DNA of 64,000 nucleotides, from the NCBI GenBank assembly GCA_035528175.1, contig DATKZC010000025.1, positions 431 to 64,430 on the forward strand, given 5' to 3'. This document shows, piece by piece, positions 27,642-37,330 of this stretch; position 1 is the stretch's first letter; every line of letters begins with the position of its first letter. This DNA comes from Minisyncoccota bacterium (lineage in GTDB: Bacteria > Patescibacteriota > Minisyncoccia > RBG-13-40-8-A). The notes below the pieces were generated by a model. The model did no database searches. It was not told the origin of the DNA and worked only from the letters and a program-made list of their open reading frames with translations. Position numbers and translations under genes: made by a program.

Positions 27642-27756
27642 TTCGTGTCAGCGTAGGACAATGTCCGAATAACGAGGCGTGCGTGAGACGCCTACAAGAG
27701 ATAAAATCTCGGAGACTGACCCTTCAGCCAGTTATTAAAACGCTGGCTTTTTTTTA
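27642..27756 (+). ncRNA. Candidate small structured RNA with its own promoter and intrinsic terminator
   Basis: TTGACA (27606-27611), 17-nt spacer, TAATAT (27629-27634). About 115 nt with nested hairpins: GUCAG...CUGAC closing stem, GGAC-AAU-GUCC, AGGCGU-GCGUGAG-ACGCCU and GAGAU-AAA-AUCUC. It ends in an AGCCAG-N11-CUGGCU hairpin plus U8 (27726-27756). No plus-strand ORF follows. Confidence 0.35.
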
Positions 27757-30255
27757 TTTCCCATGACACTTCTTATATTTCTTACCTGAACCGCACGGAC
27801 AGGGATCGTTGCGGCCAATATGTTTTGTTTGTTGGCTACCTTGCTGGCGTTGCGGGCGGGTTAATTCTACTTTCAACAACATCTCAACAATCGCATTATC
27901 AATTTCTTCCAGCATGTGCTTGAATAAACGATGACCTTCGTTTTTATATTCAACCAATGGGTCGCGCTGTCCATAGGCGCGCAAACGCACGCTCTCGCGT
28001 AAACATTCCATTGTTTCCAAGTGTTCCATCCAAAGCATATCAATTGAACGTAATGATACAAATTTTTCCAATCCCGCTCTCTCATTTTCAGGAACATCCC
28101 CGCCCAAACCTTCGGATTGTGGCGGGCCTGCCTGTTTGCGCTCCGCGCTTACGGCGGATTTCTCAAATTTATTACAATATTGCTTATACTCGTCTTCTGT
28201 CATTAATTCCTTAATTTTTTGATGCATCTCTTTATCTGTTGCTTCGAATAAAATTTCTTTTCTCATTTTATAAATCGTTTCCCTGTGCTTATTCATCACC
28301 TCGTCATATTCCAAAACATGATTCCTAATATCAAAATTATATCCTTCAATTTTTGCCTGCGCTTTTTCAATCGCCGATGAAATCATTTTATTTTCAATCG
28401 GCTGATCCTCGGGAATTTTTAAAGCATCCATCAGGGTTTTAATCCTCTCTGAACCGAATCTCTGCATCAATTCATCTTCCAATGAAACAAAAAATTCGGT
28501 AGAACCAGGATCGCCTTGCCTACCGGATCTTCCTCTTAATTGATTGTCAATTCTTCTTGCTTCATGGCGTTCAGTACCAAGAACATGAAGCCCTCCGGAT
28601 TCACAAACTCTTCGACTCTGTTCGGGGTCTTGGGGATTACCTCCCAAAACAATATCAACTCCACGACCTGCCATGTTGGTTGCAACCGTCACGGCTCCTA
28701 ATCTTCCTGCCTGGGCAATAATCGCGCCTTCCCCCTCGTGCTGTTTAGCATTTAAAATTTCGCATTGTATTCCCTCTATTTTTAAGAGCATTCCCAAGTA
28801 CTCGTTTTTTTCAATAGAAATCGTGCCTATCAAAACTGGCTGGCCTTTTTTATGGCGTTCTTTTATTTCCTGAACAATCGCTTTAAATTTCCCCTGCTCG
28901 GTTTTGTAAATCTTGTCTGGCAAATCTTTCCTAATCATCGGCTTATTAGTCGGCACAACTATAGTGTCCAACTTATAAACCTTATCAAACTCTTCAGCAT
29001 TGGTTAATGCAGTTCCTGTCATTCCAGCTAATTTGTTATACATCCTAAAAAGATTCTGGAAAGTAATTGTTGCCAAAGTTTTCGATTCCTTCTGCACTTG
29101 TACATTTTCTTTTGCTTCCAATGCCTGATGCAACCCGCCGGAATAACGCCTGCCAGGCATCAGCCTGCCGGTGAATTCATCAACAATAATTACTTCCCCA
29201 TTTTTAACTACATAATCTTTATCTCTTTTGAATAAAACTTCTGCGCGTAAAGCTTGCTCCAAATGATGCACTAATTGGATTCCGGCTTCATCATAAATAT
29301 TCCCAACTCCCAAAACTTTTTCCACTTTATCCATACCCTCATTAGTTAAAGTAGCTGCGCGCATTTTTTCATCAATTTTAAAATCAATATCCCTTTTTAA
29401 TTGCGAAGCGATTTTGGAAAATTTCTTGTAAAGCTGGGCTGATTCCACATCCGGAGCGGAAATAATCAAAGGAGTTCTGGCTTCATCTATTAGAATACTA
29501 TCTACTTCATCAACAATTGCATAATTAAAAACTCTTTGCGCCATATTATCCTTATCATAAGCCATATTGTCCCGCAAATAATCAAATCCGAATTCATTAT
29601 TTGTTCCATATAAAATATCACAATTATAAGATTCTTTTCTCGAGATCGGTTTTAAAAAATCATCAATTACCTTAAATCCGCCCAATTTATCACGTTCCTC
29701 GTCTAATTTTAATTCCGGCTTGCCCGCCGAAGCCTTGGCAAAGGCGGGATCGTAAATATAAGAAGTTTCATGGTTTATACATCCAACGCTCAATCCAAGA
29801 AAATTATATATTTGCCCCATCCACACTGCATCTCTCCTTGCCAAATAATCATTAACTGTGATTAAATGCGCTCCTTTGCCTTCCAAGGCGTTTAAATATA
29901 ATGGCAGGGTTGCAGACAAGGTTTTGCCTTCTCCTGTTTTCATTTCAGCAATCATTCCTTGGTGTAAAATTATTCCGCCCATAAGCTGAACATCAAAATG
30001 CCTTTGATTTAATGTTCTCTTGGCTGCTTCTCTAATTAAGGCAAATGCTTCTGGCAAAATATCATCCAAGGTCTCTGACCTTGCCCCGAGCGCAGTCGAG
30101 GGGTTTAATCTATTCTTAAATTCAGAAGTTTTTTGTTTTAATTCCTCATTTGAAATAAGCTCGAATTGAGATTCAAGCTTATTTATTTCATCAACAATCA
30201 ACTGGATTTTATTCAAATACCTTTTATTCGGGTCTCCGAATAATTTCTCAAACAT
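27754..30255 (-). CDS. secA: Preprotein translocase ATPase SecA
   Basis: DEAD-like motor motifs ([37 protein letters not shown]) and a C-terminal zinc finger [14 protein letters not shown]. Confidence 0.9.
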   Translation of the reverse strand: MFEKLFGDPNKRYLNKIQLIVDEINKLESQFELISNEELKQKTSEFKNRLNPSTALGARSETLDDILPEAFALIREAAKRTLNQRHFDVQLMGGIILHQGMIAEMKTGEGKTLSATLPLYLNALEGKGAHLITVNDYLARRDAVWMGQIYNFLGLSVGCINHETSYIYDPAFAKASAGKPELKLDEERDKLGGFKVIDDFLKPISRKESYNCDILYGTNNEFGFDYLRDNMAYDKDNMAQRVFNYAIVDEVDSILIDEARTPLIISAPDVESAQLYKKFSKIASQLKRDIDFKIDEKMRAATLTNEGMDKVEKVLGVGNIYDEAGIQLVHHLEQALRAEVLFKRDKDYVVKNGEVIIVDEFTGRLMPGRRYSGGLHQALEAKENVQVQKESKTLATITFQNLFRMYNKLAGMTGTALTNAEEFDKVYKLDTIVVPTNKPMIRKDLPDKIYKTEQGKFKAIVQEIKERHKKGQPVLIGTISIEKNEYLGMLLKIEGIQCEILNAKQHEGEGAIIAQAGRLGAVTVATNMAGRGVDIVLGGNPQDPEQSRRVCESGGLHVLGTERHEARRIDNQLRGRSGRQGDPGSTEFFVSLEDELMQRFGSERIKTLMDALKIPEDQPIENKMISSAIEKAQAKIEGYNFDIRNHVLEYDEVMNKHRETIYKMRKEILFEATDKEMHQKIKELMTEDEYKQYCNKFEKSAVSAERKQAGPPQSEGLGGDVPENERAGLEKFVSLRSIDMLWMEHLETMECLRESVRLRAYGQRDPLVEYKNEGHRLFKHMLEEIDNAIVEMLLKVELTRPQRQQGSQQTKHIGRNDPCPCGSGKKYKKCHGK

Positions 30256-30256
30256 T

Positions 30257-32044
30257 TTATAATGTCGTTTTATCTTCTCCTTTTGGATACCAGTCCAATT
30301 CTGATTTGTTAATTATAAATATTGATTCCGGTTTTCCGCCTTGAGATAGAAAGTTCTCGCCGGTTATGTTTAACCAACTTAAAATTCCTGTATCCTCGCC
30401 GGATATTTCCAGTTTATAAACTTTGTCTTCGCTTACGTACCTATAATAATTAGATGTCTTGAACGCGTCTCTTACTTCCGGACTAACGGTTTTAACTGCT
30501 TTCCATCCGCCAGTCAAATGGCCGTACATATTAAAGATAGCAGGATTAAGAAATAATCTTTTGTAGCCATATTGGCTAATGATGAAAATATCAAAATCAC
30601 CAACTGCCCTGATTAAATCTCCTTCTTTTAATCCAAAATCTTCTGGCTTGGGCAATTCTTCTCCAGGTGGCTCAACCGGCTCATCAAAAAGATCCGTAAA
30701 TGCGGAAAGAATAAAAGGATTTGTCGGTTCATTGTTTTGAAAATCGCTTTTCTTAAATTGATTAGAGATAGCAATCGTAACTGAATCAACTCTTGTTTTG
30801 AAATCAGGTATTTTCAGGATTCCGCTTTGATTTTCTAAGGTTAATTTTCCAACCACTGTCTGCTGATCTATATAATCAACAATATAATAAACATTAAAAT
30901 CACCCTGTCCCATAAAACCTTCAAACTCAATTTCCAAATCTTTAGCAATAGTGCTTGCATCCTGTTTATTAACAAAACGATACCAATATGGCGACCAATC
31001 TTTTACCTGCTGCGCAATATTAATTACGTTTGCTGATACGATGCTGTAAGTAATTGGTGAAATCTGGACATTTCCTTTCAAATACGGATTTTTGTAGCCG
31101 TATATGCCGCTATAAATTGATTTGTCATTCAGATAATTAGCAATTGCCCAATTATTAAATATCTGAGAAAAAGTAGAACTATATCCTTTTTCTCTTAACG
31201 CCTGTTCAATGCTGTAGATTCCAACTTTATTGTTTTTTATCATTAAAGAAAAAATATCTTCTCCGAACTGCTCAGCCAGATAATGGCCCAAAAGATTCAC
31301 TGATGGATAATCATACCTGTCGCCTTTCCACTCGGTCAGAGAATCTGATGGTTGAAAAAGAAAATCTTCAACGCGCCTTTCTAAGTTGCTTCCTACGTAA
31401 TCGCTATCCAATCCAGCTACTGTTGAAGCGTATTCACTCCTTAATTCATTAAGCCAAATATCTTCTTGGACATTATTAAGTCTTTGTTTTTGATTCCAAT
31501 TAATCATATGCTGCAATTCATGAGCAATCAAACCGTGAACTAAACTAGTGCCAACCTGGCTGACATTAATATAAATCATTTCTCTGTTATTGGAAGTGGG
31601 TTCCTGTAAGCTGGCGACTTCATCTCTTTCATTAAAATATCCTCCTGCTGTCTTTTTTAACTGTGTGAGGAGAATTGTAATTCTTTCATCGTTATCAATT
31701 CCAGGATTCCATTCCGAGCCAAAAATATATCTCAAAGAAGGATATGTTTTCTCATTAAATTGGACAGCAATGTCATCTAGTCCATCAAGAAAAGAACCTT
31801 GCTGGACCAAAGACAATTCTTGCCAAAATGGATCTTCAACATAAAAATAAGCATTAGCAGAAACCTTTTGCAAGGTAGCTGCTATTTTTGTTCTTGTTTC
31901 ATAATCAAAAGATGAATCAACAAAAAATTCACTGCTATCGCCGACTTCAAAAACAGCAAAAACAGAACAACTGCAAATAATAAAAATCCCGCCTGAAACC
32001 AGCAGGATTGATAAAAATTTATTTTTTCTTAAAAGGGAAATCAT
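30257..32044 (-). CDS. Secreted putative zinc metalloprotease (HExxH) with a C-terminal beta-rich domain
   Basis: Start moved to the internal M ([23 protein letters not shown] signal anchor). [14 protein letters not shown] HExxH motif. The track's 75-codon N-terminal extension runs through a GC-rich structured intergenic region and was rejected. Confidence 0.45.
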   Translation of the reverse strand: MISLLRKNKFLSILLVSGGIFIICSCSVFAVFEVGDSSEFFVDSSFDYETRTKIAATLQKVSANAYFYVEDPFWQELSLVQQGSFLDGLDDIAVQFNEKTYPSLRYIFGSEWNPGIDNDERITILLTQLKKTAGGYFNERDEVASLQEPTSNNREMIYINVSQVGTSLVHGLIAHELQHMINWNQKQRLNNVQEDIWLNELRSEYASTVAGLDSDYVGSNLERRVEDFLFQPSDSLTEWKGDRYDYPSVNLLGHYLAEQFGEDIFSLMIKNNKVGIYSIEQALREKGYSSTFSQIFNNWAIANYLNDKSIYSGIYGYKNPYLKGNVQISPITYSIVSANVINIAQQVKDWSPYWYRFVNKQDASTIAKDLEIEFEGFMGQGDFNVYYIVDYIDQQTVVGKLTLENQSGILKIPDFKTRVDSVTIAISNQFKKSDFQNNEPTNPFILSAFTDLFDEPVEPPGEELPKPEDFGLKEGDLIRAVGDFDIFIISQYGYKRLFLNPAIFNMYGHLTGGWKAVKTVSPEVRDAFKTSNYYRYVSEDKVYKLEISGEDTGILSWLNITGENFLSQGGKPESIFIINKSELDWYPKGEDKTTL

Positions 32045-32317
32045 AAAAATTTTGCGTTGCCAAAGGAGCCGGGAAAGTAAAACCCCAATACTTGGTATTA
32101 AATGGGTACTAGTTCCCGGACTCCTCAAGCAACACAATCTATAGTTTAAGTATAGCTGATACGAATAATGTGTGTCAAACCCCTCGACTTCGCTCGGGGT
32201 AAAAAGAAAAACGTCGACTAAAAGCCAGACGTTTTTCCCCAAGTATAGAGTTTTCCCTTGCGGGATCACCCATTCAACTGTTTATATACTAGCAGGTAAA
32301 AAATTCGTTGTCAAGCA

Positions 32318-33046
32318 CTAGTAAGAAAATTCGGCGTCTATGATAATATCCTTGTCAAATTCCTGACATCCAAGAGCGAAAATTTTAAACATTGGAGAGA
32401 TATCGGCTCCGTCTAAAAATTCCAGAGATTTGTTTTCGCTGAGTTTCAGTTCAATCAAAACCTCAAATTCCAAAAATGTTTCTCTGTCATAAGGATAAAT
32501 ATCACCCAAAGGATAATCAGAGAGTTCTATGAGCATATATTCTGTACCACCTAATTTTATTTCCTGCTCATAACCGTTCACCACTAAAGTCATTTTAGAG
32601 ACATATGATTTTTCCAAAGCATAAACCTTGTCTTCTCTGATGCTTAATTTATCGCTAAAAAAATATAACCAAAGTTTACGGATATCTAAAATTGTATTAA
32701 CGGGATTTTTAATTTTGTATTTACCTAAACTAATAGTATTAGATTCGCCATTTTTAGATATTGCCCAAATTTTATCTGGTTCTTTTGTTGTTGTCGGCTC
32801 AATGGTTGCCGGGCTTGCGCAGCCATATTTGGAGAAATCCGTAATTACTTCAGAGCGCCTAAGATTATCTTTAAGAGAAATTGGTTTTGGCTTATATTCT
32901 TCCGAAGTTGAATTATTTGGTGGATTTGGGTCGTCTCCTGGTTTCTGATAATCAAGATAGATGAAAATTACTGCAACAACTACAGCTAAAATAACGGGCG
33001 CAATTATAGCCCAGTTGATTTTTTTGCTTTTATTTGTATCTTCCAT
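32318..33046 (-). CDS. Membrane-anchored extracytoplasmic protein of unknown function
   Basis: N-terminal TM, a Pro-rich linker (DDPNPPNNSTSEEYKPKP) and a beta-rich domain. Confidence 0.35.
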   Translation of the reverse strand: MEDTNKSKKINWAIIAPVILAVVVAVIFIYLDYQKPGDDPNPPNNSTSEEYKPKPISLKDNLRRSEVITDFSKYGCASPATIEPTTTKEPDKIWAISKNGESNTISLGKYKIKNPVNTILDIRKLWLYFFSDKLSIREDKVYALEKSYVSKMTLVVNGYEQEIKLGGTEYMLIELSDYPLGDIYPYDRETFLEFEVLIELKLSENKSLEFLDGADISPMFKIFALGCQEFDKDIIIDAEFSY

Positions 33047-33059
33047 GTTTTATATTTAA

Positions 33060-33626
33060 TTACTTAATCTGAAAATTTCCCGCAATCTGATGAAACAAAT
33101 TTTTGTATTCATCCCAACTTTCTTTAAGCGTATTGAATGAGATTATCCAGACATCCTTATCCTTAATGTTTACAGCCAATAAAACTTTAAAGTCAATATC
33201 CTGCTGAATAATGTCTGCCTCCATAAAATAAATTGGTTCGCCATCCATATTTTTGTCTTCTTCCTTTGATATTTTTACTTCTGGAAAATTTCCCTTTAAA
33301 GAAGTTTCTATTTTCTCCAGATAGTCATTATCGGTTTTTTCATTAAAAGTATCGTAAACAACAGAGTAATAACTCCTAAAACCTATTTTCGCAGCATCTG
33401 CATTATTAATCTGTTCCTTGTTATTCATCGCTGTTGCAAAAGAACCCATCACAGCTTCTACTTCAACCCACCCCCCTGGTAATTGAATAACAAAACCATC
33501 TTTATTTATTTCGGTTTGTGCGTTTTGCTCTGGCGACGTCTTTTTAAAAATAAAAAAATAAGCCAGAACCAACCCTGCCAATATGATAAATAATATCCCT
33601 AGAATAATTAATGTTTTTTTATTCAT
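33060..33626 (-). CDS. Membrane-anchored extracytoplasmic protein of unknown function
   Basis: N-terminal TM (LIILGILFIILAGLVLAYFFIF) and a 160-aa soluble domain. Confidence 0.35.
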   Translation of the reverse strand: MNKKTLIILGILFIILAGLVLAYFFIFKKTSPEQNAQTEINKDGFVIQLPGGWVEVEAVMGSFATAMNNKEQINNADAAKIGFRSYYSVVYDTFNEKTDNDYLEKIETSLKGNFPEVKISKEEDKNMDGEPIYFMEADIIQQDIDFKVLLAVNIKDKDVWIISFNTLKESWDEYKNLFHQIAGNFQIK

Positions 33627-33638
33627 CTGTTTATTATT

Positions 33639-35876
33639 TTAACGCGGTAATAAATTAATAAATTTTTCAGCGTCTGATTTAAAATTCGGATCAATTTCAG
33701 CTGATTTTAACGCTTCTTCTCTGGCATTTTCATAATCTCCAATTTTAGCATACGCAGCTGCCAAAGAAGCATGCATCTGGGCGTTGTTCGGTTGTTTTAA
33801 TATTGCCAATTTGTAAACTTCTACAATTTTACTATAATTCCCGATTTTATCATAAATATAAACTAAACGCATCAAATCATTTATACTGCTTTTGTAATTG
33901 TATCCCATTACTATCGCCTTTTCAACAAGTTGAGCGGCTTCCTGGTAATGGCTTAAATCGTAACGGCCATTTTCATAAGCAGCCATACCCAAAAACCAGT
34001 AAGAGATGGCTACCTGTGGATTAATGTTTAATGCTTCCTTGAAACTATCATAAGCTTCTTTATATTTATCGAGTGATAATTGCGCTTGTCCAAGTTCATA
34101 CCATATTCTTGGATTCTTTCTATTTAAATCCAGGGCTTTGCCGATGAATTCTTCTGCTAATTTACCAGCCGTATCCGCCTCCTCATCAATTAAAAGAATA
34201 TACATTCTTCCAACATAAAGATAAGGCGTTGTATCTAAAGGGAATTTTTCGATGTTCTTCTTCATTTGTTCAATTGTATAATGCGCCAAATTTACATCAA
34301 TGGTTTTATCCTTCTGTCTTTGTGCTTCAATAACCTGTATAGTAAAAACGGCAAGTTTATGCCTGATATCATAATTTACTTGAGGGCTGTCATAATCAAT
34401 CGCTTTTTTGTAATACTGGAAAGCTTCATTCGCCTCTCCTTTTTGGCCAGCTACAATTGCTCTAGTGCAAGCATAATTGGCTTTTGCCGGTTTTATTCCA
34501 GTTTGGAATATTAATACTATGGCAATAATTAACAGAATTGTAGTCAGAAAAATAGAAGGATCTTTTGTCACTGGAACATCTTCTTCTTGCTCCGGCAAAT
34601 ATGGGCGGTTGATATATCCCAATATTAAAAAGAATAAAAAATAATTAGCAAATGTGTCAAAGATAAACAGATTCTGTCCAATATAGGCAATAAGCATTGC
34701 TATAATTATGCCAAAATCAGAATTCTCGATTTGCTTTTGCTTAAATTTTTTAATCAGAATATAAAAGATGCTGAAAAAAATGAAAATATAACTTAAAAGA
34801 CCAACTATGCCCATAGTTGAAAGCATTTCCAAAATTATATTATGGGCCCTGTCCCAGATTGTTTCAGAACCCAAGCCGGTAAAATGACGAGAGTCAAAAT
34901 ATTTCATATGCAGAAAAGTAAAATTCTCTGGACCCCATCCCAAAATCGGCTTTTCCTTCCAGCCATTGATTGCGCTTTCCCATGACCATAATCTAGTTTG
35001 GATAGTTTCACTCTTTAAAGAAATATCAGTAATCCTTTGTAATAGATCATTGTTTTGAACCCAATCTTTATTCCTCTCTAACCAGATAATGGTACTGAAA
35101 ATTACGAAAACAATAATTGCTACCAATAAAAAGATTTTTATTTTTCGATTTTTCTGAGAAAAGATGAAAAACAATGCCAAAAGCACAAGGCTGCCGAAAA
35201 GGCTTATAATCGCACCCCTCACCCCTGTCATCAATAAAACCGGGATACCCAAAATAAGCACGGCAGCGAAAAATCCTTTCTGCCATGAAGGAGTTGTCTT
35301 TCTTGATAAGAATAAAATCGCCAAATACAAAATAAATAAAAGATAACCCGCAAAAAGAGCAGGATTGCCGATCGTGCCAATTACTCTGTTACCATGCTGC
35401 CAGCCAACGAAAAAATTGCCCAATTTCAGACGCTGACCGTAAGCAAAAAGAATAGAAAGAAACCCGACCAAAACCGAGACTTTAAGAACTTTATTCCAGT
35501 CAACCTCTTTTTTAATAACACTAATCAAAATTATAAAGTAGACCCAATAATGCAGAAAACTGAAAATTCCCCCCATTCTCTCAATCGTCCCCCAAAAACT
35601 GGAATAAAAATTATTTCCTACTAAGCCACTGAAAAAATACAAAAATGTAAAAATAGAAACACTGGTTAAAACCAGTGTCCATTTTGGCCGATATTTTTTA
35701 TCGGTAATAATCAACGAAATATAAAAAACCGCCATTATTTCTACCAATGCCCGAAATATAACCACTTTGCCAAAATGAAACGGCGATAAATATTGGGAAA
35801 AAATCACTAATGGTAAAAACAAGGAAATAAAAATTCCCCAGCGGAGTATTTTTACAAAAGCTTCAGAAATAACCAT
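33639..35876 (-). CDS. O-antigen ligase/polymerase-like (Wzy_C/WaaL) membrane domain fused to C-terminal TPR repeats
   Basis: About 12 TM helices with a large periplasmic loop, then at least 6 TPR-like repeats (A..YKKAI..DP, AYDSFKEALNINP, ...). Confidence 0.55.
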   Translation of the reverse strand: MVISEAFVKILRWGIFISLFLPLVIFSQYLSPFHFGKVVIFRALVEIMAVFYISLIITDKKYRPKWTLVLTSVSIFTFLYFFSGLVGNNFYSSFWGTIERMGGIFSFLHYWVYFIILISVIKKEVDWNKVLKVSVLVGFLSILFAYGQRLKLGNFFVGWQHGNRVIGTIGNPALFAGYLLFILYLAILFLSRKTTPSWQKGFFAAVLILGIPVLLMTGVRGAIISLFGSLVLLALFFIFSQKNRKIKIFLLVAIIVFVIFSTIIWLERNKDWVQNNDLLQRITDISLKSETIQTRLWSWESAINGWKEKPILGWGPENFTFLHMKYFDSRHFTGLGSETIWDRAHNIILEMLSTMGIVGLLSYIFIFFSIFYILIKKFKQKQIENSDFGIIIAMLIAYIGQNLFIFDTFANYFLFFLILGYINRPYLPEQEEDVPVTKDPSIFLTTILLIIAIVLIFQTGIKPAKANYACTRAIVAGQKGEANEAFQYYKKAIDYDSPQVNYDIRHKLAVFTIQVIEAQRQKDKTIDVNLAHYTIEQMKKNIEKFPLDTTPYLYVGRMYILLIDEEADTAGKLAEEFIGKALDLNRKNPRIWYELGQAQLSLDKYKEAYDSFKEALNINPQVAISYWFLGMAAYENGRYDLSHYQEAAQLVEKAIVMGYNYKSSINDLMRLVYIYDKIGNYSKIVEVYKLAILKQPNNAQMHASLAAAYAKIGDYENAREEALKSAEIDPNFKSDAEKFINLLPR

Positions 35877-35956
35877 AATACAATAATTATATGTTTACAT
35901 AAATTTCATGTCAAACTATTGTCAAAAAAAATAAATTGAGATAGAATAAAACCAAT

Positions 35957-37327
35957 ATGAAAACGAAAAAATTAGTCCTTCTTGTCGGGGATTTGATTAT
36001 TTTGTACGTTTCTTTGGCCATTGCTCTTGTAGTCCGCTATAAAGAGCTTAATTTGAATACTTTCCAGGCCCACTTTATCCCTTTTTCGATTATCTATTTA
36101 TTCTGGATAATTGTTTTTTATATTCACAACCTTTACGAATTGGATATTGCCAAAAATAATATTGCTTTTTCTTCGGCCCTGATAAGAGCGTTAATTATTG
36201 GTGGATTAATTTCAATCGCATTTTTCTACATCATACCGGGATTTATCGTGTCTTCAATTACGCCAAAAACGAATTTGGCTTTGAATATTGTATTCTTTAT
36301 AATCCTGTTTTACGGCTGGAGATATTTGTTTAATTTATTGGCCGGATCTTTAAAGCTGAAAACCAATATAGCAATCATCGGATACAATCCCCAGGCCATA
36401 GAACTGGCAAAAGAGATAATCAAGAATCCCCAACTGGGATATAAACTAAAACTGATTATCATAGACCACGAGCAAGTCGACCGAACCGAGTTGCCGGAGA
36501 TAAAAATAACGCAGGGATTTAAAAACCTGAGGGAAACCCTGCAACAGGAAAAGATAAGCATGGCTATTGTCACACCGGAAGTTTACAGATACCAGGATTT
36601 AATCCAAAATCTTTTTGAATGCATTAAATATAAAATCGATTTTGTGAATCTGCCAGAATTCTACGAAGATATAACAAAAAAAATTCCATTGGCTGCCATA
36701 AACCAAGTATGGTTCTTGGAAAATATATCTCAAGGAAAAAAACAATCTTATGAAATCGCCAAAAGATTATTTGACTTTGTTTTTGGGATATTGCTTTTAA
36801 CTGTCAGTTTGCCGTTTTGGCCATTAATCGCTATTATTATCAAATTGGAATCACGAGGCAAAATATTCTACACACAAACAAGGGTCGGGCAAGGCGGTAG
36901 GCCATTCAAAATGGTGAAATTTCGCTCAATGGTAAAAGACGCGGAAAAAGACGGGCCAAAAATGACTTCGGAAAAAGATTCCCGAATTACCAAATTCGGA
37001 AACTTCTTAAGAAAATCGAGATTGGATGAAATGCCACAGCTTTGGATTATTATTAAAGGAGAAATGAGTTTTGTCGGACCACGGGCAGAAAGACCGGAAT
37101 TTCATCAAGAACTTAAAGCACATATCCCCTTCTACCAAGAAAGATACCTAATAAAGCCGGGTCTTTCCGGCTGGGCACAGATAAAATACGGCTATGGTTC
37201 ATCCGTTGCAGATAATTTTGAGAAAGTTCAATACGATTTGTATTATATTAAAAACAGATCATTTATCTTTGATTTGAGTATTATCCTTAAAACAATTAAT
37301 ATTATTCTCCGAGGTGGCGGACGATAA
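35957..37327 (+). CDS. Polyprenyl-phosphate hexose-1-phosphate transferase (bacterial sugar transferase, WbaP/PglB-like initiating enzyme)
   Basis: 4-5 TM N-terminus and a C-terminal catalytic domain with PLIAIIIKLESRGKIFYTQTRVG...FKMVKFRSM and DEMPQLWIIIKGEMSFVGPRAERP. Confidence 0.8.
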   Translation: MKTKKLVLLVGDLIILYVSLAIALVVRYKELNLNTFQAHFIPFSIIYLFWIIVFYIHNLYELDIAKNNIAFSSALIRALIIGGLISIAFFYIIPGFIVSSITPKTNLALNIVFFIILFYGWRYLFNLLAGSLKLKTNIAIIGYNPQAIELAKEIIKNPQLGYKLKLIIIDHEQVDRTELPEIKITQGFKNLRETLQQEKISMAIVTPEVYRYQDLIQNLFECIKYKIDFVNLPEFYEDITKKIPLAAINQVWFLENISQGKKQSYEIAKRLFDFVFGILLLTVSLPFWPLIAIIIKLESRGKIFYTQTRVGQGGRPFKMVKFRSMVKDAEKDGPKMTSEKDSRITKFGNFLRKSRLDEMPQLWIIIKGEMSFVGPRAERPEFHQELKAHIPFYQERYLIKPGLSGWAQIKYGYGSSVADNFEKVQYDLYYIKNRSFIFDLSIILKTINIILRGGGR

Positions 37328-37330
37328 AAT

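Noticed and set aside
27642-27756. Riboswitch or leader interpretation of the structured plus-strand element
   Set aside because: No plus-strand ORF follows it. It ends in its own terminator that overlaps the stop codon of the minus-strand secA, so it is better explained as a free-standing sRNA.
32045-32269. 75-codon N-terminal extension of the 30257-32269 ORF in the supplied track
   Set aside because: The extension runs through a GC-rich hairpin-dense intergenic region, has no signal peptide, and is followed by an internal Met that starts a textbook signal anchor ([19 protein letters not shown]). The start was moved to 32044.
32045-32317. RNase P RNA, tmRNA or SRP RNA in the GC-rich spacer
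   Set aside because: I looked for the RNase P CR-I box (GGAAAGUCCGGGCUCC), a tmRNA tag reading frame ending in LAA with a tRNA-like 3' end, and the SRP domain IV GGAA/AGCAG motif on both strands. Only loose resemblances were found (GAGGAGUCCGGGAAC, UUUCCCGGCUCC), and the length is too short for RNase P. The region is reported as an unclassified structured element.
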